64,000 nucleotides of DNA, from assembly GCA_038243585.1 (NCBI GenBank), contig JBBSQY010000007.1:5069-69068 (forward strand), read 5' to 3'. The translations under genes were made by a program, and so were the position numbers. Of this stretch, positions 39,981-52,122 are shown in pieces (the first letter of the stretch is position 1; each line of letters starts with the position of its first letter). The DNA is from Candidatus Sumerlaeales bacterium (GTDB taxonomy: Bacteria > Sumerlaeota > Sumerlaeia > Sumerlaeales > Sumerlaeaceae). A model generated the notes under the pieces. The model was not told the DNA's origin and did not search any database. It saw only the letters and a program-made list of their open reading frames with translations.

Positions 39981-41078
39981 GTGGCAAAAGTTGCCCAGGA
40001 CACCGCAGAATCCGCCAACACCAGTAAAGCCGAATCAAACCGCACAAAGGCTCTTGATCTCGCGTTGACCCAGATCGAGCGTAACCACGGCAAGGGCTCC
40101 ATCATGCGCTATGGGGAAAAATCCGTCGACGAAACCCAGCAGGTGATCACCACGGGTTCCATCTCTATTGATTGCGCGCTAGGCATCTGGGGCTTCCCCA
40201 GAGGCCGGGTTGTGGAAATTTATGGTCCGGAATCCAGCGGAAAAACCACGCTGGCGCTGCACGTGGTAGCAAACGCCCAGCGGCTGGGCGGTGTGGCGGC
40301 GTATATCGACGCTGAACACGCCATGGATCCAAAGTATTGTCGTAACCTCGGCATTAACGTGGACGAGCTTCTGATTTCTCAGCCGGACACGGGCGAGCAG
40401 GCTCTGGACATTACGGAAACGCTGGTGCGCTCAAACGCCGTTGACGTTATTGTAATCGATTCCGTGGCGGCCCTGGTGCCGAAGGCGGAAATCGAAGGCG
40501 AGATGGGCGACTCTTTCATGGGCCTGCAGGCACGCCTTATGAGTCAGGCGTTGCGCAAGCTGACCGCTTCTATCAGCCGCTCAAAAACCTGTGTGATCTT
40601 CATCAACCAGATCCGCGAAAAAATTGGTGTGATGTTTGGAAGCCCGGAAACCACGACTGGTGGTCGTGCGCTGAAGTTTTACTCGTCTATCCGCATCGAC
40701 ATCCGACGCATTGGCGCGATTAAAGAAGGCACAGATAACGTGGGCAACCGTTGCCGCGTGAAGATTGTAAAAAACAAGCTGGCTCCGCCGTTTCGTGAAG
40801 CGGAATTCGATATCATGTTTGGCGAAGGTATCTCCCGCCAGGGCGATCTCGTCGATCTTGGCGTTACTGCACAGGTTGTTGAGAAGAGCGGCTCATGGTT
40901 TTCCTTTAATGGGGAACGCATCGGTCAGGGACGCGAGAACAGCAAGCAGTTCCTTAGGGATCACCCCGAAGTGGCGGATCGTATTGAAAAGCTGATAAAA
41001 GAAAAAATCAATCCAGACATGCTTGAAGGACCGCCGGTGGTCGACGACGACGACGATTTGCCGGAAGATCTGGTATAA
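39981..41078 (+). CDS. recA: Recombinase RecA
   Basis: [49 protein letters not shown]. Confidence 0.99.
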   Translation: MAKVAQDTAESANTSKAESNRTKALDLALTQIERNHGKGSIMRYGEKSVDETQQVITTGSISIDCALGIWGFPRGRVVEIYGPESSGKTTLALHVVANAQRLGGVAAYIDAEHAMDPKYCRNLGINVDELLISQPDTGEQALDITETLVRSNAVDVIVIDSVAALVPKAEIEGEMGDSFMGLQARLMSQALRKLTASISRSKTCVIFINQIREKIGVMFGSPETTTGGRALKFYSSIRIDIRRIGAIKEGTDNVGNRCRVKIVKNKLAPPFREAEFDIMFGEGISRQGDLVDLGVTAQVVEKSGSWFSFNGERIGQGRENSKQFLRDHPEVADRIEKLIKEKINPDMLEGPPVVDDDDDLPEDLV

Positions 41079-41092
41079 ACAGGGCAATCAGG

Positions 41093-41116
41093 GTTCTGGG
41101 CAGAATTGCCCAGAAC
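41093..41116 (+). terminator. Hairpin after recA
   Basis: GTTCTGGGCA-GAAT-TGCCCAGAAC perfect 10-bp stem; no clear U-tract. Confidence 0.55.
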
Positions 41117-41226
41117 TCCTCGGCGGTCGTAATTCGGTTATGCGCCTGCCATGTCAATGATATCTATTTTGTCAATAATAAGGCCCATTTCGTCCATCAA
41201 GTATACCATCCTTAAAAGCCGTACCT

Positions 41227-42198
41227 TTGCAACCTGATCACCATGCGCCCCCTTCCGCGGCCGGCGATCCTGTATTGTCTGCGGAGCACCATGCGCATCA
41301 CGCGCGGCGCGAGCTGATTGGTTTGCTGGAAGGCCTGTTCGCGGTATTCTTTTTTGCCATGACGCTTCCCATGTCCCGTTTTGTGGTGCGCGAGGTCGAT
41401 CCCATTACTACGGGGTTGGTGCGTTGCGCCCTGGCCGGATCGCTTGCCGCGATTATGCTTTTTGTTTCTAAACAACCCTGGCCTAGCCGCCGGCAATATA
41501 AAGGGCTGGCGGCCTGCAGCGTAGGCATTGTCTACGTCTACCCAATTTTTGTCGCCTGGGCAATGAAGTATATTCCATCCAGCCATGGCAGCATCGTTGT
41601 CGGTCTACTGCCCCTGGCGACGGCCGCGGCTGCTGCGTTGCTCGGATATGAGCGTCCCGGTCTCCGCTTTTGGATTGCCGCTGTTGCCGGCAGTCTGATT
41701 GTGATAGCTTACGCGCTATTCCATGGCGGAGGAGGGATGCACGGAGCAGACATCGCGCTGATTATCGCTGTGATATGCAGCGGCGTCGCCTATGCGGAGG
41801 GCGGCTGGCTGGCGCGGGAGATGGGCGGCTGGCAGGTCATCTCCTGGGTCATGGCGCTGAACCTTCCTATTGTCCTCGTTGTGCTGGCCATCAGCCTGGC
41901 GTATAACGGTTTCCATGCGTCCGCTCTCACCATTGTCGTTCTGCTTTTTATGGGAGTTTTCAATCAGTTCATCGCTTTTTTTGGCTGGTATAAAGCCATG
42001 GCTAACGTGGGCGTTGCCCGGGTCAGCCAGCTCCAGCTCCTTCAGCCTTTCATGACCGTCGTCATTGCGGCCGTCACGTTAAACGAGCTCATTACCTGGG
42101 ATACCTGGCTGGCTTTGGTTCTCGTCATGGCCACGGTTCTAATTGCTCGCCGGGCCGTTAAAAAGCCAACCACTCTCGCAGGTACGGGAATAGTATAA
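41227..42198 (+). CDS. DMT/EamA-family transporter
   Basis: About 10 TM segments. LLGYERPG, VSQLQLLQPF, LNE motifs. Confidence 0.88.
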   Translation: MQPDHHAPPSAAGDPVLSAEHHAHHARRELIGLLEGLFAVFFFAMTLPMSRFVVREVDPITTGLVRCALAGSLAAIMLFVSKQPWPSRRQYKGLAACSVGIVYVYPIFVAWAMKYIPSSHGSIVVGLLPLATAAAAALLGYERPGLRFWIAAVAGSLIVIAYALFHGGGGMHGADIALIIAVICSGVAYAEGGWLAREMGGWQVISWVMALNLPIVLVVLAISLAYNGFHASALTIVVLLFMGVFNQFIAFFGWYKAMANVGVARVSQLQLLQPFMTVVIAAVTLNELITWDTWLALVLVMATVLIARRAVKKPTTLAGTGIV

Positions 42199-42334
42199 TC
42201 GTCCGGCACGCAGAAGAAAAATGGTATGTAACTTCTGGGCCACATGGCTAAATCCGACGCTTCGCACTTATGATTCGCATTTCTGTATTCTGTCGGCTTG
42301 TATTTTGCTACAAACACATGAAGAGGTATTACAA

Positions 42335-43066
42335 ATGACAAGAAGTTTTTCTTTCTTACGCAGCTCCACACTGGTAGCTGTTGGCGCTCTTATGATTTCG
42401 CCGGTTAGCGCGCAGGAGTCTGCCAACACCAACATGGCAGCCGCTTCTACAACTTCCGCCACCGCAGCGTCCAACGCGAAATTGTCGCAAGAAGACATTA
42501 AGCTCATGCTTGATCAGGCGGAAAGCAGCGCAAACAAAACCGCCAGTCTCGAGGGAATCCGCTCTACTGGCGGCAAAAAGCGTCCTGGTAAATTTCATAT
42601 TTTTATTGTAGACCGTAACGGAAAAACACTGGGCGGTCGTTCTATGCCCGACGCCTGGACAGGATCATTGGATATCGCACTTTCGAAAGCCCGCACCGCC
42701 GCTTTCTTTTCCAGCAATGAGAATGCCTTCACCAGTCGCCACATCGGTATGCTTTCTCAGTCTCACGGTGCCGACGGCACAGGGCCCGCTGGTGGGCTGT
42801 GGGGCATTGGCCATTCGAACCAAGCCACTTCCGATGCGGGCTTTACTGGGCAAGTCAAACGGAATGGAATTATCACATTCCCTGGCGGCCTTCCTCTCTA
42901 CAAAGATGGAATACTCGTGGGCGGAATAGGCGTTAGTGGTGATAGCGTTGATCAGGATGAGGCTGTCGCCTATGCGGGTGCCAAAGGTTTTATGCCTGGC
43001 TCTGACGTTGGAACGATTGCCCCTCTTGAGCCCAAAGCTGTTGAAATGATACCGGGAGAGAATTAA
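42335..43066 (+). CDS. Secreted GlcG/HbpS-family heme-binding protein
   Basis: Signal peptide from ATG 42335. IVDRNG, IALSKARTAA, FPGGLPL, GGIGVSG...QD. Confidence 0.85.
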   Translation: MTRSFSFLRSSTLVAVGALMISPVSAQESANTNMAAASTTSATAASNAKLSQEDIKLMLDQAESSANKTASLEGIRSTGGKKRPGKFHIFIVDRNGKTLGGRSMPDAWTGSLDIALSKARTAAFFSSNENAFTSRHIGMLSQSHGADGTGPAGGLWGIGHSNQATSDAGFTGQVKRNGIITFPGGLPLYKDGILVGGIGVSGDSVDQDEAVAYAGAKGFMPGSDVGTIAPLEPKAVEMIPGEN

Positions 43067-43232
43067 CAGTTCGACGAAGTTCGTGCTGGCGGTTATGAAC
43101 CAGTGGCGGGTTGTGAGAGCAATCGGGGGCCGAAGCATTCACACGTTACGCGTGTGAAGCTCGGCCAGGAGCCAGTTAGACAAGTTTTTCCTGAATGTAA
43201 CCCGTGTTTGTCCCTTTTGTAATTTCAATGTT

Positions 43233-44477
43233 ATGAATTCACAACCTCTCCAGCTATCAGGCATTGCCTGCCGGCGTCTTCGCACGCCGAAACACATACT
43301 CGACAACGTTTACGTAGAGTTCGATGGTCCGCGGATCGCGATCATGGGAGACTTTAACTCCGTTGCGCTTCCTCCGGGAGTATTTAACGCTCGCGACGAA
43401 GAAATAACGGTAGTCCCAGGCTTAGTCGATGTCCATGTGCATGGAGGCGGCGGTATTGATTTTCTCAATGCTGATCTCGAAGGGATGCGGCTGATCTCAC
43501 GCATTGCCGCTCAGGGCGGAGCCACCACCATGGTGGCAACCACCACTCTCGCCGGCGAGGACCACGATCTTGAAAAGTTTGCCGAGTTTGTTCGTATTTT
43601 GCGCTCGGCTGGTGGCATGGGTTATGATCGGGGTTCCGGCGATAAAACAGTGTCCACGCTGCCCGGCACCCGAGTGGTAGGCATTCATCTCGAAGGGCCG
43701 TTTTTAAATCCTGAACGTCGCGGCGCTTTCACGGACCGCTTTCTTCGCCCCCCGGACCTGAAAATTGCGGAAAAGGTGATGGAGATATGCGGCGATCTTC
43801 TCCTGAAGGTAACGCTGGCGCCCGAACTGCCTGGTGGTGAAGACCTCATCGATTTATTTACCAGCAGCGAGGCCCCCGTGGAAGTCAGCCTGGGACACAC
43901 CACGGCGGATTTCGCACTGGGAATGAAGGTTTTCGAAAACCCTCGTTCCCGCCAGATTACTCATGTTTTTAACGCCATGACCGGTCTTCATCACCGTCAG
44001 GCTAATCTCATTACTGCCGCTCTAATGGATCCGCGTGTCAGCCTGGAAATCATTGGCGACGGGCTCCATGTTTCGCCTCCCGTCATGCAACTGCTCCATC
44101 GCCTTACCGGTGCAAAGAGACTTATCGCCATAACTGATGGAGCGAGCTCCGCCGGCGCTCCGGTCGGACGTGTGTTTGAAGCTTTCAGCGGCCAGGCTCG
44201 CGTCGGCGCAGACAGCGGCGTTCGGCGGACCAACGACAACGTCCTTGTTGGCAGCGCAGCGCTAATGATTGATATATTTAACCGGCTCCAGCATATGTCC
44301 GATATTCCTTTTGAAGACGCGCTGTTAATGTGCACGGAAAATCCGGCGCGCTCAATCAACCGCTTCGATCAGATCGGAAGCATCGACAAAGATAAACGGG
44401 CGGACTTTGTGGTGTTGCGTGATGACCAACATGTGGTCGCCACAATTCGCGACGGGCAACTGGTTTACCAGGCTTAA
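43233..44477 (+). CDS. nagA: N-acetylglucosamine-6-phosphate deacetylase
   Basis: PGLVDVHVHG, GIHLEGPF, TLAPE, SLGHT, THVFNAM, DGLHV, ITD. Confidence 0.93.
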   Translation: MNSQPLQLSGIACRRLRTPKHILDNVYVEFDGPRIAIMGDFNSVALPPGVFNARDEEITVVPGLVDVHVHGGGGIDFLNADLEGMRLISRIAAQGGATTMVATTTLAGEDHDLEKFAEFVRILRSAGGMGYDRGSGDKTVSTLPGTRVVGIHLEGPFLNPERRGAFTDRFLRPPDLKIAEKVMEICGDLLLKVTLAPELPGGEDLIDLFTSSEAPVEVSLGHTTADFALGMKVFENPRSRQITHVFNAMTGLHHRQANLITAALMDPRVSLEIIGDGLHVSPPVMQLLHRLTGAKRLIAITDGASSAGAPVGRVFEAFSGQARVGADSGVRRTNDNVLVGSAALMIDIFNRLQHMSDIPFEDALLMCTENPARSINRFDQIGSIDKDKRADFVVLRDDQHVVATIRDGQLVYQA

Positions 44478-44512
44478 CCAGCCACGATTAAGAACACCAC
44501 GCGTGGGGGGCC

Positions 44513-45286
44513 CTATGGCAACTCATAAATCTGGGCCAGCGAGCGATATACCGCCTGTGGCGCCTGGACAATAATTGGTGTTTTTCGCTTATCCAGGAAC
44601 TGAATCAGCTTTAAAATATTAGCTTCCGTCATGGCAGTGCAGCCGGCCGTTGTGCCCCCCGGCTGACCGATATGGTAGAAAATGCAGGAGCCATGACCCG
44701 CCACCGGCGGGTTTGTGTTATATCCCACAACTATTCCGTACTTGTAGGCATCGGACTCCATGCGCATGGTCTCTGCTGAGTCCCAATCCTTGTCGACCTC
44801 GTCTCCCCGCACGATCTGATTATAATATTTCGACTTAGGGTCGTCCACGCAGAACGTGTTAGTGTCCACTTTGAGATAGTCCATTTTGGCGGAAAGGTCT
44901 TCATAACCGTAAATGCTATCCAGCGGAAAAATACCGGCGGGGGTTTTTCCGTCTCCTTCGATTTTCACCGGCGGCTGGTTCAATTTTGCACGGTGCAAGC
45001 CAGGCCCCCAGGCCATTCCTGCCCGACCAATTTGCACAGCGATGGGCTCAAGTGCCCGCCGCCACCGCCCGCCGACCTTCTCATGAGCCACCAGAACACC
45101 GTCAGTCGCCGACCAGTCAGATGTCGTCACCACCAGTATCTGGCGAGCACCAATTTCCTGGGTCAGGTCCACCTTAGATGAACCGCACCCGGAAAGCAGA
45201 CACGCGGAGATAAAGAGCAAAAACAATTGGCGCAAAATAGTTATGCCGGTTCCGGGAAATGCTTTTTCTTCCAATCGTTCGTCCAT
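44513..45286 (-). CDS. L,D-transpeptidase (YkuD-like) lipoprotein
   Basis: Lipobox LLSGC, EGDGKTPAG, GSCIFYH...TAGC. Start uncertain. Confidence 0.8.
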   Translation of the reverse strand: MDERLEEKAFPGTGITILRQLFLLFISACLLSGCGSSKVDLTQEIGARQILVVTTSDWSATDGVLVAHEKVGGRWRRALEPIAVQIGRAGMAWGPGLHRAKLNQPPVKIEGDGKTPAGIFPLDSIYGYEDLSAKMDYLKVDTNTFCVDDPKSKYYNQIVRGDEVDKDWDSAETMRMESDAYKYGIVVGYNTNPPVAGHGSCIFYHIGQPGGTTAGCTAMTEANILKLIQFLDKRKTPIIVQAPQAVYRSLAQIYELP

Positions 45287-45375
45287 GCATAAAACTTTAG
45301 ATGATGCACCGGAACACAATTTGCCTTCTTTTGTCAGGGAGTTCAGGCGAACGGCAATCAGGTTCAGACATCCTT

Positions 45376-46218
45376 TTACGACTTTAAGACTTCTGGGTTT
45401 TTGAGAGACTTCTTGCCTTCCGATGTTATCCGGCGTTCGACTTTCTTCACGTCTTCGTCCGGCAATAGAGTCTCAGGGCGTATCCCTCGATCTATTAAAG
45501 TAGCACGTACCGCCTGGTTGTTCGTGACATGTTCGCTGGATATGGCCGATTCGCTGGTGTACTGATTTTGCCGCGAATTAAAGATTGTGATTTCCGCGGC
45601 AAAATCTTTAGCTTTGAGGATGATCGTGGGAGCGAAATCCGCGAGAGGGCGTGTATCTGGCACGTTCCACTGGGACTTCATCGCCTTTGTCGTCTTTCCG
45701 AAAAGAGCCTCGTCGCCCTTGCTCCGGATAATCGCGAAATTATCGTTGCCGCCGGTCTGCTCATAGATGACCAGTGACAGTTCCTTTTCTGTATCTGAAA
45801 GCTTCCGTCGCACTGACACCCGCTCGGCGTCCAGCAGCCGCTGCTCAATAAGTTCGGCGCGGCGGGTCTGGTAGGCGAAGTAGGTTTGCGCGAACGCAAT
45901 TTCTTTCTTTTTGGGATCCCCGTTCTGCGCGATCAGATAACAAGCGTAGCGAGTTAGCATAATATCGGCAACTTGTTTTTCCGCGCCTTTCGGCATCGCT
46001 ATCGTTTTGTTGACGTCAACAAAATGATCGGAGCATTGATGCCCGGACACCTCACAGGCGGTTTTCGCTTTCATAACAACAGCCGTAAAATTTCGCCATT
46101 CCGTATACCCCAGCAGTTGTTGCAGGTCGCGGGCCAGCCAGAATTCGACTCCGCCTTCTGTCTTTTGGGCATGACCTTCAAAAGTAGTTGTCAGCGTTTG
46201 CACGATATCCGTTTGCAT
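45376..46218 (-). CDS. dinD: DNA damage-inducible protein D (Bro-N domain)
   Basis: EFWLARDLQQLLGY.EWRNF, LTRYACYLIAQNGDP.K..IAFAQTYFA.QTRRAE. Confidence 0.9.
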   Translation of the reverse strand: MQTDIVQTLTTTFEGHAQKTEGGVEFWLARDLQQLLGYTEWRNFTAVVMKAKTACEVSGHQCSDHFVDVNKTIAMPKGAEKQVADIMLTRYACYLIAQNGDPKKKEIAFAQTYFAYQTRRAELIEQRLLDAERVSVRRKLSDTEKELSLVIYEQTGGNDNFAIIRSKGDEALFGKTTKAMKSQWNVPDTRPLADFAPTIILKAKDFAAEITIFNSRQNQYTSESAISSEHVTNNQAVRATLIDRGIRPETLLPDEDVKKVERRITSEGKKSLKNPEVLKS

Positions 46219-46311
46219 TATCTGTCCGTTCCATCACGGTGCAAAGTTCATTTTATTTCTTACAAACCATGCAATGCACGGTACCCGATGGTCAAACGAA
46301 AAATATCTGCT

Positions 46312-47892
46312 TTAGATCACCCGCACGTATTCTTCACGCTCAATTCGCCAGACGGGGATACCGCAATACCGGTCACCTTCCGGGCAGATTGGCTTTGCGC
46401 CTGCGTGTTTTCGGAGGCCACAGGGGGGCAGAAGCCAGCGCCCGATCTCTGGGTTTACCTTCGTCACTGCAAGCGCCTCGTCCAGGCTGGCTCGCCAGAT
46501 TTCTTCCTGGGCGTTATAGCAGAGGCGCATAGCCATTTTGTGGTGCAGATTGAGAAGATCGCCGCTTTCTGTGAACCGCACCTTGACGGCGTTAGGCAGC
46601 AGGTAGGCCGCGAACTCTGGCGATTCGCCTGCGTCCAGCAGTCCGTTAACCGCGGTCCATGATTCTGCCATAGCATCCTCGTAGCGGCGCTTAACGGCTT
46701 CGTTTACCTTCACCGGTTCGGGGACAATGAAATCCGGCTCGCCAGTGAAATGACGCATCAGCACGGGCCGCGATGCGGGAACCATCCGGTGTCGCTGATC
46801 CTGGCTATCGCCGGCGTGGCTGAGCACCTTCTTGAAGACATAGTGCGCGTGATACATGGCGCGGGAAAGCTTCGAGACGCTGGTCAGGTTCAGGTTCTCA
46901 CCCATCAGGTTGTTCTGTGCAGGGTCAAGCACCAGCCGCAGGGCGTCCACGTCCGGCAGGTCCGCCGTTGCCAGTCCCAATACCTCGCGCACGCCGGAAG
47001 CAACGCTTTGCTCGTTACGCGCGCCCCAGTCTGTCAACACGCTGTACTTGCCGCCCAGTTCCGTGTCAAATTCGGTGGTAAACCGTTTCGCCCCCGCGCG
47101 ATCCACTTCCTGCAGACCAAACTGCTGAAACGCCCGGTATTCAGGCGTCTCTTCCAGCGGCATCGGCTCGCGCAGGATCGACTCAAAATCTGGTTCTGCT
47201 CGCAGCAGCTCGGCCACCATAGCACCCACCACCTGCCGCTGCTCCGCCGGGGTATCGAATTGACCACACAGGCGGTAGTACCGCAGCAATGTCACTACGC
47301 TCACCGTGTGATACAGATAGGCATGCGTCGCCAGGGGCAGCGCATAGCGCCCCACTTCCTGCGCGCGCTTCTTGATGTCCGTCTCGGCTCGTTTCGTATC
47401 GTATCGTCCCCGAAAGCGCGCGTAATACTGCTCAGCGACGACAGGCTTCAGCATCTCCGTCAGCTCGCGGTATGCCTCCATCTGTCGCTGCACGCACGAC
47501 CGAAACGCCGCCTGTCCTGGCGCTGAAAGCCCGTCCGGGACATGGAAATTCTCTTCCTTCACCGAAACGTAACGCTGGCTCACCTGCTCCGAATTGTAAA
47601 ACGGGTGCGAGTGCAGAAAGCTCCAGATAAAATGCCGCGAAATGCCGTCCATGGCGAACTGCGCGTGGGCATGCTGGAGCGTCGTATGATGCCCCGCCTT
47701 AAACAGCGACTGCGCCAGCGCGAATTTCCGTTCCCGCTTCTGCTCCAGCAGGCTCGGCTCCGCGCCTGCTGGCCCAGACACATCTTCATGGGTCACAATG
47801 CCCTTGGCCGAATAACAAGTCCGCGCCGTCGCCACGAAGTTGTCATAGGCATGGCTGAACAGGTTAACAAGGCGGATCGTAGGCGCGGTCAT
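46312..47892 (-). CDS. thyX: FAD-dependent thymidylate synthase, tandem two-domain form
   Basis: Domain 1: GH.TTLQH...SEQVSQRY...RYALP. Domain 2: QDQRHR...AYLLPN...RLC..AQEEI. Confidence 0.8.
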   Translation of the reverse strand: MTAPTIRLVNLFSHAYDNFVATARTCYSAKGIVTHEDVSGPAGAEPSLLEQKRERKFALAQSLFKAGHHTTLQHAHAQFAMDGISRHFIWSFLHSHPFYNSEQVSQRYVSVKEENFHVPDGLSAPGQAAFRSCVQRQMEAYRELTEMLKPVVAEQYYARFRGRYDTKRAETDIKKRAQEVGRYALPLATHAYLYHTVSVVTLLRYYRLCGQFDTPAEQRQVVGAMVAELLRAEPDFESILREPMPLEETPEYRAFQQFGLQEVDRAGAKRFTTEFDTELGGKYSVLTDWGARNEQSVASGVREVLGLATADLPDVDALRLVLDPAQNNLMGENLNLTSVSKLSRAMYHAHYVFKKVLSHAGDSQDQRHRMVPASRPVLMRHFTGEPDFIVPEPVKVNEAVKRRYEDAMAESWTAVNGLLDAGESPEFAAYLLPNAVKVRFTESGDLLNLHHKMAMRLCYNAQEEIWRASLDEALAVTKVNPEIGRWLLPPCGLRKHAGAKPICPEGDRYCGIPVWRIEREEYVRVI

Positions 47893-48083
47893 GGGCAGTT
47901 TCCAGGGTAGATAAATTCTGATGGTGGATTTTGGTCAGGGTTCATCAAACTTGTTGTTAGAACACAAATCACAACCTGGTATTTTACAAGCGTATCAGAA
48001 CGCTTAAACTATGCTGCATCCAAAGCGAGTATCTATTATGAGATGGCTCAGAAAATTGCCAAGGCAATTGCGGAGGATAAAAG

Positions 48084-48362
48084 ATGGAGCAGACTGAAGA
48101 AATATCCGAGTTTGCTTCGGCCGCCTCTGCATTCGCTGCTGCAAAGCGGAACTATTGGAAGATAGCTATCCCGTATTTATTTGTATTAATAATGGAAAGC
48201 GCTTTTACTATATATAAGTTTAAGGCCGACATTTCTGACACCCGCATTTGGCTGCCGGGTTTTTTAAACGGTCTTTTAATGTTTGCTCTTCTACATCCCA
48301 TAATTGTGGTAGCCATATACTTTTGCCAACTCAGCGATTCTTTGAAAAGAAAACCCAGATAA
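48084..48362 (+). CDS. Small membrane hypothetical protein
   Basis: GGAGG RBS, two hydrophobic segments, AT-rich. Confidence 0.55.
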   Translation: MEQTEEISEFASAASAFAAAKRNYWKIAIPYLFVLIMESAFTIYKFKADISDTRIWLPGFLNGLLMFALLHPIIVVAIYFCQLSDSLKRKPR

Positions 48363-48381
48363 ATCCCTGCTTCACGCAATG

Positions 48382-48556
48382 CTATTTTCCTGCCTGATTT
48401 CTTGCGCCCGTCTTCTTTATAACGTTGAATCCTCTTTCCAGCAAATACGTTACTGTATCTTCAAAGCTCTCATTTCTCTCAATAGCATGAAGTTGCACAC
48501 GACGAAATAAGCCGTCTGGGATGTGCAAAGCAGCCTTCAAGCTGCTTTCTCCCTTT

Positions 48557-48567
<11 letters not shown>
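48382..48567 (-). CDS. Small ribbon-helix-helix/antitoxin-like protein
   Basis: KAALHIPDGLFRRVQLHAI....F...V..LLERG matches an RHH pattern. No cognate toxin is adjacent. Confidence 0.4.
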
Positions 48568-50005
<1,438 letters not shown>

Positions 50006-50274
50006 AATGTTTAATAACCCCGGATTGAAAAGCTATGCCAGAAGAAGCTGATAATAGGACGCCCGTAGCCTGACGCCGACTTGTTCAAGTCAGATATTAT
50101 CCCGGCGCTGCCAGAGACGGGTGTTAGTACTATGCGCATGATTATTCTGAATTTCAATTGTTTGACTGCCATCCGCCTCGTTATGTGCAATTGATAATTG
50201 CACGTTCCTATTTTACCCGTTTGTCATACATTATCAGTCATTCATCTTAGTTTTTATCGGCCACGCACCCCATC

Positions 50275-52014
50275 ATGGATATTCCTCGCGCATTCTCCCT
50301 CGAGTTGCTTGAAAATAAACGTATTGCAGTTACATTTCCCTATAACGATGATATAATCAGTCGCCTGCGTTCACTGTCAGACAGAAAATGGGATCCGGAG
50401 AAGAAGCGGTGGGAGGTTAGCATTTGCCACCTCCATGACCTGCTGGATATTTTCGGCCTTCAGATGGCCGATTTGGATCGCAACATCCTCCGGTGCTACC
50501 AGATGTACCGCATCCGCCATGGGCGGGCGCGCATTTCTGTCGGAAACTGCCATGCGGTGCTGTCGGGGGTAAGTCTTCCGCTGGAAAAAATCGACCGTGC
50601 CACGGCGTTTCATGTACCCGGCTACCGATTTATGACGCGTTTTAAAAAGGGGGCCTGGGATGGGAAACGCCATTTGTTTAAGGCGGCGGGACAGACTTTT
50701 CCGAGCGGTTTGGTTTCGAGGGTCTCGCGGATCGTGGGCGAGGCGGGGGTAGACTGTGACATTTGCCTGCCGGAGGAACCCGATTCGTGTCGGCTCAATC
50801 TTTCTATGGGTAGTTATTCGGCTAGGGAAGTGCAGGCAGACCCGAACGGGAAAGGTCCGTCGCCCTGCCGCCCTACCGCTCTACGAGATTATCAAACGGA
50901 ATGCGTGGGAATTGCACTGGCGAAGCGTCGCGGAATTATTGAGATTGCGACAGGCGGCGGCAAAACTTTAATCGCCGCGCATATCATTCGCCACATCGAT
51001 CGACCTGCTCTGTTCCTGGTGCATACCCGGGATCTGCTGTATCAGACCATCCGGGTGCTGGAACGGGAACTGGGGATGCCGATCGGCTGCGCGGGAGACG
51101 GGAAGCTGGACATTCAGCCCGTAACGGTGGGCACTGTGCAGACCTGTGCGCGGGCGCTGGACATTAAACTGGATCAGTCGCCGGACGACGATGAACTGCT
51201 CGAAACGGAACATACGGCATCGACGGGAGGCACGGACGAGCTAACCCAGTTGATCAGGACTGTGCCCGTGGTGTTTTTTGACGAGTGTCATCATCTGCCG
51301 GCGGAAACGGCTTATGGCCTGGCGATGGAAATGGAGGGAGCGGCATGGCGGTACGGGCTGAGCGCAACGCCGTATCGGGCGGATCGGCAGGAGATTTTGA
51401 TGGAGGCGGCGCTGGGGCCAAAGTTTTTTTGCGCCCGGGCATCTCTCCTGATCGACCTGGGTTTTCTTGTGGCTCCAAAAATTAAATTCCTTCATGTGCA
51501 GCCGGCCGCCGCTTGTTCCGGGAAATATGATTACCAGGACGTTTACACTATCTACATTGTGGAAAACAAGGCGCGCAACCGGATGATTGTCGAGGCTGCG
51601 AAGGCACTGGCAGCGGAAGGGAAATCTGTGTTGATCCTGGTCAGTCATGTGCGCCACGGAAATGCGTTAAAGTCGCTCATAGGAGATGCTCAACTGGTCC
51701 AGGGGACAGACCCGGCAGAGCATCGGCAGAGGGCGTTTTCGGCGCTGGCAGATAAGTCAAAACTGATCTTGATTGCGACAACTCTTGCGGATGAAGGGCT
51801 GGATCTGCCTAGTCTGGACTGCGTTATTTTGGCCGGGGCCGGGCGCAGCGAAACGCGGGCGCTGCAACGGATAGGGCGCGCCCTGCGGACGGCGCCGGGG
51901 AAGACCGGAGCTACAATTATTGACTTCATGGATAACGCACCCTACCTTAGGGAGCACGCCGCAGACCGGCTGGAGCTTTACCGATCAGAGCCAAGGTTTG
52001 TGGTGGAATTTTAA
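50275..52014 (+). CDS. SF2 helicase with N-terminal HARP-like and UvsW-like regions
   Basis: FPYN..II..LRSL..RKWDP.KKRW (HARP-like), VPGYRF..RFK.G.WDG, LRDYQ, ATGGGKT, DECHH, LSATP, QRIGRALR. Confidence 0.85.
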   Translation: MDIPRAFSLELLENKRIAVTFPYNDDIISRLRSLSDRKWDPEKKRWEVSICHLHDLLDIFGLQMADLDRNILRCYQMYRIRHGRARISVGNCHAVLSGVSLPLEKIDRATAFHVPGYRFMTRFKKGAWDGKRHLFKAAGQTFPSGLVSRVSRIVGEAGVDCDICLPEEPDSCRLNLSMGSYSAREVQADPNGKGPSPCRPTALRDYQTECVGIALAKRRGIIEIATGGGKTLIAAHIIRHIDRPALFLVHTRDLLYQTIRVLERELGMPIGCAGDGKLDIQPVTVGTVQTCARALDIKLDQSPDDDELLETEHTASTGGTDELTQLIRTVPVVFFDECHHLPAETAYGLAMEMEGAAWRYGLSATPYRADRQEILMEAALGPKFFCARASLLIDLGFLVAPKIKFLHVQPAAACSGKYDYQDVYTIYIVENKARNRMIVEAAKALAAEGKSVLILVSHVRHGNALKSLIGDAQLVQGTDPAEHRQRAFSALADKSKLILIATTLADEGLDLPSLDCVILAGAGRSETRALQRIGRALRTAPGKTGATIIDFMDNAPYLREHAADRLELYRSEPRFVVEF

Positions 52015-52094
52015 AAGCCTGCGAAGACGGCGGCGGCCCGCCACCGCCTAAACTTTAAGCGGGGCGGGGCGGGCAATCACCCCTTGCTCGTTGG

Positions 52095-52117
52095 CACAGG
52101 CGAGACGCCTCTGCTAC
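52095..52117 (-). repeat. REP-like element (GTAG family), copy 2
   Basis: Reverse complement GTAGCAGAGGCGTCTCGCCTGTG, between convergent genes. Confidence 0.7.
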
Positions 52118-52122
52118 TTTAG

